From an uncultured Lachnospiraceae bacterium (GTDB lineage Bacteria > Bacillota > Clostridia > Oscillospirales > CAG-272): 62,421 nt of DNA. The DNA lies in contig CAZRVL010000005.1 of NCBI GenBank assembly GCA_964603455.1, positions 1 through 62,421 on the forward strand. Direction: 5' to 3'. Shown piece after piece: positions 29,631 through 38,682 of this stretch. Under the pieces are notes generated by a model. The model was given only the letters and a program-made list of their open reading frames with translations, ran no database searches and had not been told where the DNA came from. Every line of letters begins with the position of its first letter. The first letter of the stretch is position 1. The translations under genes and the position numbers were made by a program.

Positions 29631-30545
29631 TTAATTTTTTCGAACGAGCATACTCTTTGCGAGCATAATGAGACATTCGTTGCCGCTAAAACCACTCACT
29701 GCCTTTTCTGCTTTCGCGGTCAGCTCGGCAGCATATTTCTTAGCTTCATCAACGGTCATAAAGCTCAAAAAGGTCGTCTTATCCGAAGCTGCATCACTTC
29801 CTATCGGCTTTCCGAGTGTCTTCTCATCTCCTACAACGTCAAGTATATCATCCTCTACCTGAAAAGCTCTGCCGAGTGCCATCGCATACTCCTCAGCCGC
29901 AGCTTCAAGTGAGCTGTCCGCAGCTCCGGCGATACATCCGAGTAGCGCGGCACAGCGTATAAGCTCTCCTGTCTTCAAAGCTTGAAGCCTTTCAAGCGTG
30001 TTAAAATCAAATTTCGACTCTTCGCCCTTGAGATCTAACACCTGACCGCCGATCATTCCGGAAGCACCGGCACATTTTGCGATAAGTCCCACAGCGCGAC
30101 AATTTTTTTCCGCCGAGAGCAGATCGTTTCCGGAAATGGTCTCAAATGCCTTTGTCAGCAGCGCATCTCCGGCAAGCAAAGCATTCGCATATCCAAAAAC
30201 CATATGATTTGTCGGTTTTCCGCGTCTGAGATCGTCGTTGTCCATACATGGAAGATCATCATGTATAAGAGAATATGTGTGTACCATCTCAATAGCACAG
30301 GCATACGGCATGGCACATCTTCGCGCTTCATCGACATTCGCACCACGCGATCTCGCGGAAAGAGCCGCAAATTCAAGTGTCAAAAATGGTCTGAGTCTTT
30401 TTCCACCCGCCATAAGGCTGTAACGCATAGAGTCAAATATGACTCCGAACATATCGTCTGTCTCACCGACATATTCGCAAAGAGCCTTCTCTATCTCCTT
30501 CGCAGAAGCTTTCATAAGCTCGTTTATTTCCATAAGCTCATTCAT
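29631..30545 (-). CDS. ispA: Geranyltranstransferase / farnesyl-diphosphate synthase
   Basis: GGKRLRP, SLIHDDLPCMDNDDLRRGKP, GQ.LD, FQVEDDILD. Start uncertain (about 30545, overlapping the xseB stop). Confidence 0.9.
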   Translation of the reverse strand: MNELMEINELMKASAKEIEKALCEYVGETDDMFGVIFDSMRYSLMAGGKRLRPFLTLEFAALSARSRGANVDEARRCAMPYACAIEMVHTYSLIHDDLPCMDNDDLRRGKPTNHMVFGYANALLAGDALLTKAFETISGNDLLSAEKNCRAVGLIAKCAGASGMIGGQVLDLKGEESKFDFNTLERLQALKTGELIRCAALLGCIAGAADSSLEAAAEEYAMALGRAFQVEDDILDVVGDEKTLGKPIGSDAASDKTTFLSFMTVDEAKKYAAELTAKAEKAVSGFSGNECLIMLAKSMLVRKN

Positions 30546-30774
30546 TTGCCGTAAAATCCGCAAGTGCAGGTCTTCCATCCTCACCCTTTGTGAGGATCTT
30601 GACCTTCTGCTCGACATCGTCCAATTTCGAAGAACACATCTTCACAAGCCCGACACCCTCTTCGAAAAGTGCGAGAGAACCGTCAAGTGACGCTTCACCG
30701 CTGTCAAGCAACTCTACTATCTCCTCGATTCTCGAAAGTGCTTCCTCAAAGGTCAGTTCATTTTTCTGTTCCAT
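30538..30774 (-). CDS. xseB: Exodeoxyribonuclease VII small subunit
   Basis: TFEEAL..IEEIV..L, SL..FEEGV.L. Start ATG 30774 after GAAAGGAA. Confidence 0.93.
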   Translation of the reverse strand: MEQKNELTFEEALSRIEEIVELLDSGEASLDGSLALFEEGVGLVKMCSSKLDDVEQKVKILTKGEDGRPALADFTANE

Positions 30775-30796
30775 TATATAACGGCAATTCCTTTCA

Positions 30797-32071
30797 TTAA
30801 TCTTCACAAATATCTTCGGAATAAGGTTTTCTCTCTGATGTGTCCATGACTTCGCCGCGAACTATTCCGTCAGATAACCTCAATGTGAATCTGTCGCCCT
30901 TGTCGAGAGCCTTAACGCTTTTGATTATTTCACCGTTGTCATCATAAACTGCGGCATATCCGCGGGATATTACCGACAGAGGACTGAGTGCTTCGAGTGA
31001 AGCTGTAAGCGATGAAAATTCCGAGCGTTTCGAATTTAAAGCAAGCTTCATAGACGTTCCGAGCCTTCCGTACAGCGAATCAAGTGTCATTCGCCTGTCA
31101 TCGACAAAATTCTGCGGTGAGCTCAATGCACGGCTGTTTTGAAGTCTTACGATATGCTCACGCGAGTCTTTTATACTGTTCGCGACAGAATATTCCATTC
31201 GCGACAGAAGCGCATTCAGCTTTTGCCTTATCTCAAACGAATCCGGAACCGCCATCTCAGCTGCCGCCGATGGAGTCGGAGCACGCATATCCGCCGCAAA
31301 ATCGCATATCGTAAAATCAGTCTCATGACCGACCGCAGATATTACCGGGACATCGCTCGCCGCCACAGTCTTCGCAAGCATTTCATCGTTGAATGCCCAC
31401 AGATCCTCCATAGATCCGCCTCCGCGTCCGATTATTATCACATCTACCTTGCACCTGCTCGTTTGAGCATTGAAAAATCTGATACCAGATATTAGCTGAG
31501 CCGCCGCTCCTTCTCCCTGAACAAGAGCCGGATAGAGTATCATCTCTGCAATCGGATACCGCCGCCCGGCAACATTTATCATATCGCGTATCGCCGCTCC
31601 GGTCGGAGAGGTTATTATTCCTATCCGCTTCGGGAATTTCGGGATCGGCTTTTTTAGCGAAGGATCGAAAAGTCCCTGCTCGCCGAGCTTTTTTTTGAGC
31701 TGTTCGAAGGCTGTATACAGTCCGCCCACACCGTCAGGCTCTACATTGTCAACATATATCTGATACTGCCCCGTTTTTACAAACACCGAAATTCTACCGT
31801 GTACGATGACACGCATACCCTCTTCAAGATCAAATTTCAGTCTTTCTGCCGAAGATCTGAACATAACAGCGGATATAACTCCGTCCTCGTCCTTCAGAGT
31901 GAAATACAAATGTCCGGTGCGATAGTGATCCGTAAAATTCGAGATCTCGCCGCGGATATATATCGATGACAGTATGCGATTCGAATCTATAAGCTGCTTT
32001 ATAAACGCATTGACCTGCCCGACCGACAGTATCGCACGCTTATCTCCTCTTTCATTCAGCTCTCTTTCCAA
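30797..32071 (-). CDS. xseA: Exodeoxyribonuclease VII large subunit
   Basis: GEISNF, GHLYFTLKD, RGGGSMEDLWAFN, SAVGHETD, APTPSAAAE. Confidence 0.96.
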   Translation of the reverse strand: MERELNERGDKRAILSVGQVNAFIKQLIDSNRILSSIYIRGEISNFTDHYRTGHLYFTLKDEDGVISAVMFRSSAERLKFDLEEGMRVIVHGRISVFVKTGQYQIYVDNVEPDGVGGLYTAFEQLKKKLGEQGLFDPSLKKPIPKFPKRIGIITSPTGAAIRDMINVAGRRYPIAEMILYPALVQGEGAAAQLISGIRFFNAQTSRCKVDVIIIGRGGGSMEDLWAFNDEMLAKTVAASDVPVISAVGHETDFTICDFAADMRAPTPSAAAEMAVPDSFEIRQKLNALLSRMEYSVANSIKDSREHIVRLQNSRALSSPQNFVDDRRMTLDSLYGRLGTSMKLALNSKRSEFSSLTASLEALSPLSVISRGYAAVYDDNGEIIKSVKALDKGDRFTLRLSDGIVRGEVMDTSERKPYSEDICED

Positions 32072-33030
32072 AATACGCCCTCCTCAGACATTGCACAGAG
32101 CAATGCTGTACCGGCAGCATTATCGCTTGAAAATCTCGGCTGTGCAAAATGAAGCTCACATTTTTTTGAAAGCCTTTCGGACAGCATATGCTTTATCTGA
32201 GAGTTGCTCATGACTCCACCGGCATAAAGTATCGGAAGCTGATATTCATTCAGTACATTTTCCGATAGCTTAAAAAGTGTCCTTCCGACAAAATCGAGCA
32301 CATATGCCGCGATATATTCCCTGCTTCTGCTCTCCGAAATGAGCTTTTCGACATGATTTTCAAGTCCGGACAGATTACATTCGAGACCTCTTACCGAGAC
32401 TCCCGAACGGTCAAGCTTTTCGTTGTTTTCTGCTGCAAGCAGTTCAAGTGCCGCTCCGCATGGAAAATTAAGTCCAAGTTTTACTCCCGAACGGTCAATA
32501 GCCTGACCGGCATTAAGATCAAGCGTTCCGCCGAGCTTAACAATATCGAATGGGCGATCCTTCCCCGGCTTTACCAAAAGCAACTCGGTCGTTCCGCCCG
32601 AAACATGGAACGCTATAAATTCGCGCTCCACAAGCTCCATAGCTCCGCTCGACCATACAGCCGCCATTACGTGCCCGGCCTGATGAGAAAATGTGTGCAG
32701 TGGCCTTTTTATACCCTCGGAAAACACCGAAGCCGCGGCATATCCCACCTGAAAGCAAGGCATATACGAGCCCTCAACATCACGCGGAAACATCGAAACG
32801 CCAACAGCTCTGATATTCTCCGGCTCTATCTCGGCAAAAGCTTCGTTTGACACATTCGGAAGATTTTTCAAGTGCGAGAACACCGCGTCAGACTGCCTGA
32901 GACCGCGTTCGCCCTCTGAAACTCCGAGCAGTTTCTTTACATTCGACTTAAAAGCTTTACTTTCGGCATCGAATACCGCGACCGATGTTGTGTAGTTCGA
33001 TGTGTCGAATCCGACATAAAGACGGCTCAT
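32056..33030 (-). CDS. TsaD/Kae1-like (peptidase M22 family) protein
   Basis: GFDTSNYTTS, SHQAGH, HVSGGTT, GGVMSN, SDNAAG. Confidence 0.8.
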   Translation of the reverse strand: MSRLYVGFDTSNYTTSVAVFDAESKAFKSNVKKLLGVSEGERGLRQSDAVFSHLKNLPNVSNEAFAEIEPENIRAVGVSMFPRDVEGSYMPCFQVGYAAASVFSEGIKRPLHTFSHQAGHVMAAVWSSGAMELVEREFIAFHVSGGTTELLLVKPGKDRPFDIVKLGGTLDLNAGQAIDRSGVKLGLNFPCGAALELLAAENNEKLDRSGVSVRGLECNLSGLENHVEKLISESRSREYIAAYVLDFVGRTLFKLSENVLNEYQLPILYAGGVMSNSQIKHMLSERLSKKCELHFAQPRFSSDNAAGTALLCAMSEEGVFWKES

Positions 33031-33476
33031 TTATCGCACTCTCTGTCGGGAAGAGACTTTGCTATCGAATTGAGCACTCCATTTATGAAGCCCGAAGCTT
33101 TTTCATCATCGTATTTCTTCGCAAGCTCAACTGCTTCGTTAAGCGCAACACGCTTGGGTGCATCGGAGATGTTCATCATCTCGTAAACGCAAAGGCGCAT
33201 TATCGCAAGAGAGGTCTTCGAAAGGCGCGAAAGACTCCATCCGACTGCTGCCGCCATTATTTTTTCATCGAGCATCTCGGCATTCTCACAAACTCCGAAA
33301 AACACATTGCGGATATAGTCGATATATTCTCCGAACTCAATGTCGGCATTATCGATCTCGTGTGCAAAAAAGCTGTCTGCAGGTTCATCCGCCGCGAAGC
33401 TTTTTGCGAAAAGCAGCTCAAAGGCGAAGCAGCGCGCCTTCGGGCGAGTGTCTATAATTCTGGTATTTTCTTCCAT
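33027..33476 (-). CDS. nusB: Transcription antitermination factor NusB
   Basis: W...RL, NEAVELAKKY, FINGVL. Confidence 0.93.
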   Translation of the reverse strand: MEENTRIIDTRPKARCFAFELLFAKSFAADEPADSFFAHEIDNADIEFGEYIDYIRNVFFGVCENAEMLDEKIMAAAVGWSLSRLSKTSLAIMRLCVYEMMNISDAPKRVALNEAVELAKKYDDEKASGFINGVLNSIAKSLPDRECDK

Positions 33477-33536
33477 ATTTACCTCTTTTTGTATATAATA
33501 GTGTTAATTATCGTCAAAAAAATCTATACATATAAT

Positions 33537-33565
33537 ATTATACATTCATTATTCAGAAAAGTCAA
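33537..33565 (-). promoter_or_regulatory. sigma-A promoter of the nusB operon
   Basis: TTGACT-17-TATAAT on the minus strand. Confidence 0.7.
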
Positions 33566-33827
33566 TCACTCTCCTGAAAATATTCGGTAAATTTATGAAA
33601 AATATTCATTTTGAATGAATATTAGCAACATTTGATACATTTTTTTGACAGCTGAAAATTTATTTTATCTGAACTATTCCTTTTCGGTAATAAACCGTTC
33701 GGAGCGGATATTCGATCTAATTGTAAGCAAAAAGTGACGCTTTAATAAATTTTTTTCCAAGGGTATTGAAAAGTTTACATCTACGTGTTATTATATTGGT
33801 GTATGATTTTTTTGTGAGGAAAATACT

Positions 33828-34295
33828 ATGAACGTAAAAAAACAAATAAAGAAGATCCTCTCCGATGCCTGTGTTTATTTCACGATCGCAGAATTTGTTC
33901 TGCTACTCATAGCTACCGGTTTTTCGGAGATCGATCCCGAAGCAGGCGGCGGTATAGCAATGTTTTTGAGTCTCGGCTCGGCAACACTCATCTTTTCAGC
34001 CTGTCTTATAATGTCGCTTCTGAATCTTGTATTCAGGCTCGATCTTTCGACAGCTCTGCGCGTAATGATACACTTTATCGGCTCACTTGCAGCATATTCG
34101 GTCGTATTCATAATAATACCGAAAGCCTACAATGATTTTGGCGCGATATTTGTCCGTCTCGGTGTATTCGTTGTGATCTATGCTGTGATCGCTGCTGTTG
34201 CCGGAATAGTTGCAAGTATAAATAACAACAAAAAGGCTGACGAGCTTGAATATCAGTCGCAGTTCGGCGAATTTTTCACCGGAAAAGGTCGCTGA
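33828..34295 (+). CDS. Hypothetical 4-TM membrane protein
   Basis: Four hydrophobic segments; SD GAGGA; upstream TTGAAA-17-TATTAT. Confidence 0.75.
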   Translation: MNVKKQIKKILSDACVYFTIAEFVLLLIATGFSEIDPEAGGGIAMFLSLGSATLIFSACLIMSLLNLVFRLDLSTALRVMIHFIGSLAAYSVVFIIIPKAYNDFGAIFVRLGVFVVIYAVIAAVAGIVASINNNKKADELEYQSQFGEFFTGKGR

Positions 34296-34318
34296 AGCCA
34301 AATGAAAGGAAATATTAA

Positions 34319-35302
34319 ATGAACACCGGAAATCAAAACGACGGCATAATGTACAAAGCAGCCGCATTTGCTATATTTGTCGTACTCGTCACTCTTATCG
34401 TTCTCGCAACTATCTCATCCCGTTCATCGGACGAAATACCGCAGCCCTCGGCAGCTTCATCCAAAGAATATGATTCTTCTGCGACTGTAGAATCTGAATC
34501 TACAGAAACAACAGCTCCATCGTCAGAAAAGCCGAAGGAAACGACTTCTGCTCCGATAACCACTGCCCCACCGCAGATAACCTCAGCACCGGCTTCGAAT
34601 ACAGTATCAGACCCGATAGATGTCCCGGCATCCAACACCTCGGATGATGTGGCGGCATTTCTGGCAAATTATCCGAATACAGTACTGCCGGTCAGCGAAG
34701 ACGCAGGTCAGGAATATATCGACAAGATAATATTTCTCGGAGATTCCACAACATACGGACTTCGCGCAAATGCCGTGCTGAACGGCGGTAAAAATACCAC
34801 TCAGGTCTGGACTCCGACAAACGGATATATAACCCTGTCACAGGTAAATACCGTATTGATCTGGTATCCAGAGACCGACACCGAGATGTCGATAAAGGAT
34901 GCAGTCGCACTCAAAAAGCCCGAATACATGGTCATAACCCTCGGTGTGAACGGAATATCCTTCATGAGTGAGGATTACTTCAAAAAGGAATATGGAAAGC
35001 TGATTTCGAGCATTCAGGATGCAAGTCCGGATACAAAGATCATACTTCAATCGATATTCCCAGTCGCAACTAATTATGAATCATTAAAATCGATAAACAA
35101 CGAGCTTATAGACACAGCAAATCGTTGGATAGTCGAGCTTGCCGATTCCTACGGCACGAAATATGTCGATACGAACTCCGCGCTCCGCGGCTCTGACGGA
35201 TGGCTGATAAGCTCTTACCAAAACGGTGACGGTCTTCATCTGACAGCCGAAGGTCTGAATATCGAGCTTAACAACCTCCGTACCCACGCATGGGTAGATT
35301 AA
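34319..35302 (+). CDS. Membrane-anchored SGNH/GDSL esterase or acyltransferase with Ser/Thr/Pro linker
   Basis: FLGDS, LGVN, DGLH; N-terminal TM; low-complexity S/T/P/E stalk. Confidence 0.8.
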   Translation: MNTGNQNDGIMYKAAAFAIFVVLVTLIVLATISSRSSDEIPQPSAASSKEYDSSATVESESTETTAPSSEKPKETTSAPITTAPPQITSAPASNTVSDPIDVPASNTSDDVAAFLANYPNTVLPVSEDAGQEYIDKIIFLGDSTTYGLRANAVLNGGKNTTQVWTPTNGYITLSQVNTVLIWYPETDTEMSIKDAVALKKPEYMVITLGVNGISFMSEDYFKKEYGKLISSIQDASPDTKIILQSIFPVATNYESLKSINNELIDTANRWIVELADSYGTKYVDTNSALRGSDGWLISSYQNGDGLHLTAEGLNIELNNLRTHAWVD

Positions 35303-35378
35303 ATTTAAAATATTTTTATAGTGAAAGGAACTTTTTGCCGCGTATGTAGAGCATACCGCGCAAAATGCTATTGTCAAA

Positions 35379-35870
35379 ATGAAACTCAAACTCATCGCCA
35401 TCACATTAATATCTGCCGCAATCATAGCTCTCTCAGTCTCCTGCGGTGAGACGACCTACAAAAACGATATATCGGTCGCCGATCTTAAAAGCTCGGTCGA
35501 AGCAAAGCTCGCAAATACCGACACCTTCACAGATCTCGATTCAGATTACATCGAATACATGATGGAGATCGAAGCTTCGGCATATACCGAATCGATCGTC
35601 CGTTGGCAAGCCTCCGGTATAAGCGCAGACGAATACGGAATATTCAAGGCTGAATCGACCGAAAAGGCAGAGGAGCTTGGCAATTTGCTGAAGAATTATC
35701 TTGCAAAGCGTGTCGATACCTGGAATCCGAGCTATGATGCAGCCGAACGTCCCAAGATAGACAATGCCGAGGTCAAGGTCATGGGAAACTATGCAGTGTT
35801 CTGCATACTCTCCGAGAGCGACCGCACTGCAGTATTTACAGCAGTTGAATCAGAGCTTTTGGGGAAATAA
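35379..35870 (+). CDS. DUF4358 domain lipoprotein
   Basis: Lipobox LSVSC; ADEYGIFKA; SY...E..KIDNA.V...GNYAVF. Confidence 0.75.
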   Translation: MKLKLIAITLISAAIIALSVSCGETTYKNDISVADLKSSVEAKLANTDTFTDLDSDYIEYMMEIEASAYTESIVRWQASGISADEYGIFKAESTEKAEELGNLLKNYLAKRVDTWNPSYDAAERPKIDNAEVKVMGNYAVFCILSESDRTAVFTAVESELLGK

Positions 35871-35874
35871 TATC

Positions 35875-36522
35875 ATGAGATATAAATTAGCCATATTCGA
35901 TCTTGACGGCACCATACTTGATACACTTGACGATCTTGCAAATTCGACAAACGCCGCGCTGAAGCTCAATTCACTTCCTGCACGTTCGCGTGAGGAGATA
36001 CGTTCGTTCGTTGGAAACGGGATACGCCTTCTGATAGAGCGCGCTGTTCCCGATAACACATCCGCAGAGGTCACAGACAAGGTATTTTCGGATTTTAAAA
36101 AGCATTATGCCGAGCATTGTTCGGACAATACCGCGCCGTATGAAAAAATAAACGAGCTGCTCGATGAGCTTCGCGAAGCCGGCTGTAAAATAGCCGTAGT
36201 ATCAAACAAATCCGATTTCGCCGTTCAAGAGCTTTGTAATCAGTACTTTCCGAATAAGCTCGATTTTGCGGTCGGCGAACGCGAGAATGTACGGCGTAAG
36301 CCCGCGCCCGATTCTGTATTCGAATCAATGAAAGCACTTGGCATCGCAACCGAGGAATCGATATATATAGGCGATTCGGATGTTGACATAGAAACGGCAA
36401 AAAATGCCAATATTCCATGTATAAGTGTGACATGGGGATTCCGCGGCAAAGATTTTCTTATAGATCACGGTGCAGACAAACTCGTTTCTTCACCTGACGA
36501 AATAAAAAATATCATAATTTGA
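35875..36522 (+). CDS. HAD-family hydrolase (phosphoglycolate phosphatase-like)
   Basis: IFDLDGT, VVSNK, KPAPD, IGDSDVD. Start ATG 35875. Confidence 0.88.
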   Translation: MRYKLAIFDLDGTILDTLDDLANSTNAALKLNSLPARSREEIRSFVGNGIRLLIERAVPDNTSAEVTDKVFSDFKKHYAEHCSDNTAPYEKINELLDELREAGCKIAVVSNKSDFAVQELCNQYFPNKLDFAVGERENVRRKPAPDSVFESMKALGIATEESIYIGDSDVDIETAKNANIPCISVTWGFRGKDFLIDHGADKLVSSPDEIKNIII

Positions 36523-36536
36523 CAAGGAGAACTATC

Positions 36537-37055
36537 ATGGCAGAAAATCTTCCTCAGCTCTTTATGCGCAAGACCAATATGGATAATATTCCTGACATAA
36601 TACTTCCGGAAGGGATAACGCTCCATACTCACAAAGAAGGTCACGAATCAGATTGGGAAAGTCTCATAGAGGATTCGTTCGGATGCCACTTTGATTTCAA
36701 ATCCTCTCTGACCGACCGCAAGGGCTACAGCCCCGATCATGTATTTTATTTGAGCCGTGATTCAAAAGAGATCGCAACCACATCTGCTATAGAAAAAGAA
36801 GAATTTCCGAACGAAGGTTGGCTGCATATGGTAGGTATCCATTCATCGGCACGCGGTCTCGGTCTGTCTATCCCGATAGTTTCCGCCGCACTTCATTCCT
36901 TCAGAGACAGAGGCTTCAAAAGCGTAATGCTCTCGACCGATGATTTCCGCATTCCGGCGATAAAGACCTATCTTAAGCTCGGTTTCCATCCGGTGCTTAG
37001 CCACGAATCTCATGCCGGAAGATGGGATGAGATAATGTCAAAATTAGGTATGTAA
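36537..37055 (+). CDS. GNAT-family N-acetyltransferase
   Basis: VG...ARGLGL, TDDFRIPAIKTYLKLGF. Start ATG 36537 after AAGGAG. Confidence 0.85.
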   Translation: MAENLPQLFMRKTNMDNIPDIILPEGITLHTHKEGHESDWESLIEDSFGCHFDFKSSLTDRKGYSPDHVFYLSRDSKEIATTSAIEKEEFPNEGWLHMVGIHSSARGLGLSIPIVSAALHSFRDRGFKSVMLSTDDFRIPAIKTYLKLGFHPVLSHESHAGRWDEIMSKLGM

Positions 37056-37058
37056 ATT

Positions 37059-37090
37059 AAAAAGAGAAGCTCGCCTGAGCTTCTCTTTTT
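37059..37090. terminator. Bidirectional intrinsic terminator
   Basis: AAAAAGAGAAGCTC-GCCT-GAGCTTCTCTTTTT. Confidence 0.85.
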
Positions 37091-37100
37091 GTATATCTAT

Positions 37101-38561
37101 TTACTGACCGAGACTGTTCATCGTCTGCTCGATCTTTTCGGTTACGGCACTCTTGTTTGTAGCTATTATTGATGCAACACTGCTGTCGCCTGCGATAACC
37201 GCATCTCTGATCGCCGCTGCAATATCCGCAGTCCAGCCGTATGTAAGGCTTGCATCATAATAGAGCGAATCGCGGATTATTCCGAGCATTTCTATAGAAT
37301 CGTCATTTCTGAGCGATTTGAGCGAAACTCTCGTTCCGTAGTATATCGGCATTATGTCGGTATAAGAATGATATGAAAGTGCGTCGAGTATTATTCCGGT
37401 GCGTTCAAGATTTCTGTTCGAGGCGGGGATCATAAGTGTCGGAACGTCATAGTTCATCCACGAGCAATAATCCTCCTGATTTTCATCAAACTTCGGTGTC
37501 GGAAGGATTCCGAAGCTGTCACTCATATCGCGGTAAGAGCCTGCAGCCTTTATCTCTCCGCCCATGAACAGCGCACGTCCGTCCTTGAATACCTTTTCAT
37601 AATGGCTATCAGTACCGGAAGCATTTGCACCTTCGTAATAATCGCCCTCAGTTCCGAATATCTTGGCAAGCTTTTCAATCGTGTCGTAGTAATGATCATT
37701 TTCGAGCGAAAGCGCATAATTTCCGGAGGAATCCTTCTGAACGAAACGGTTTCCGGTCGAGATCGTCAAAGCATCGCATATGCGATAGAAGGATGTAAGT
37801 CCGTATGTAGTAGAAGCATCTACTTTGTAGGTAAAGGTGTCAGCACCGTTCAAATTAGCACCGACCTTGAGGAGCGAGCTGAATGAATCAAGCGTCCACT
37901 TTCCTTCGCGCACAAGGTCATACGGCATTTTTTGACCGAGGTCGGTCATCATATCCTCATTGAAGAAGATACACCAGGTTAGATCGAATGCGCAGAGCGA
38001 CAATTCGCTCATAGCAAAATACAGAGTATCACTGTTCTTACCGAGAGAGGCTTCTTTAATTACCGACTGATTCCACCATGGCTGATCGAGCTGAAGTCCG
38101 GGAACATCATAGAGATTGCGCGCATAACCGTTTGATATTGTACTTGCAATATCCCAACCGCGCACATATGCGGCATTGTATGTGTCATCGTCTGCCGAAA
38201 CGGTGGTCTGCACCTGCTTAACGAGTTGGTCAAGACTATACTCGACAACATTCAGCTTGAACTTATACTTGTCTTCGAGCATACGGTTTCGATTGTATAC
38301 CGCGTCATCGACAGATTCACCTGTCATATTTTCAAAATCAATGTCGGTATACATATTCCATGCAGGTGCTGTGTTGAGGATCGTAAACTCCTCACCGTTG
38401 CAGTCGAGGTCAGCATATTTGTATGCAGACTCATCTGCGGTTGTCTCCGAACCTTCCGATGAAGCTGTCGTTTCATCTCCGGTCTTATCATTCTGATCTC
38501 CGCAGGCTGCCACAGATGTGAGCATAGCAATGAGAAGAATGATGCTTGTTATTTTTTTCAT
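37101..38561 (-). CDS. Extracellular solute-binding lipoprotein (carbohydrate SBP-like), orphan
   Basis: Lipobox VAAC; QPWW; GKWTLD; FGILPTPKFDE; LRNDDSIEML. Confidence 0.8.
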   Translation of the reverse strand: MKKITSIILLIAMLTSVAACGDQNDKTGDETTASSEGSETTADESAYKYADLDCNGEEFTILNTAPAWNMYTDIDFENMTGESVDDAVYNRNRMLEDKYKFKLNVVEYSLDQLVKQVQTTVSADDDTYNAAYVRGWDIASTISNGYARNLYDVPGLQLDQPWWNQSVIKEASLGKNSDTLYFAMSELSLCAFDLTWCIFFNEDMMTDLGQKMPYDLVREGKWTLDSFSSLLKVGANLNGADTFTYKVDASTTYGLTSFYRICDALTISTGNRFVQKDSSGNYALSLENDHYYDTIEKLAKIFGTEGDYYEGANASGTDSHYEKVFKDGRALFMGGEIKAAGSYRDMSDSFGILPTPKFDENQEDYCSWMNYDVPTLMIPASNRNLERTGIILDALSYHSYTDIMPIYYGTRVSLKSLRNDDSIEMLGIIRDSLYYDASLTYGWTADIAAAIRDAVIAGDSSVASIIATNKSAVTEKIEQTMNSLGQ

Positions 38562-38682
38562 TTTCCCAAAATTCCTTTCACGAATTTTTGTATATCACTT
38601 GAATTATACCATAAAATATGATATAATACTACTCAGAAGCAACAAATAACTTGTCAAAATCTGCAAATGGAGGTTATTTTCC

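Noticed and set aside
30510-30545. Short NELM..NELM tandem repeat at the ispA start
   Set aside because: It is a tiny local duplication with no evident function and only makes the start codon ambiguous.
29631-30617. N-terminal extensions in the ORF track (ispA 30617, nadK 28428, HAD 35764, DUF4430 9780, DUF4830 12433, subtilase 47779, xseB 30807)
   Set aside because: These are longest-ORF artefacts. Downstream ATGs have SD sequences or match the family N-terminus.
33590-33628. AATATTCATT-N3-AATGAATATT inverted repeat as an ARG box for the argR-containing operon
   Set aside because: The spacing does not fit TGAAT-N4-ATTCA well and the region is very AT-rich.
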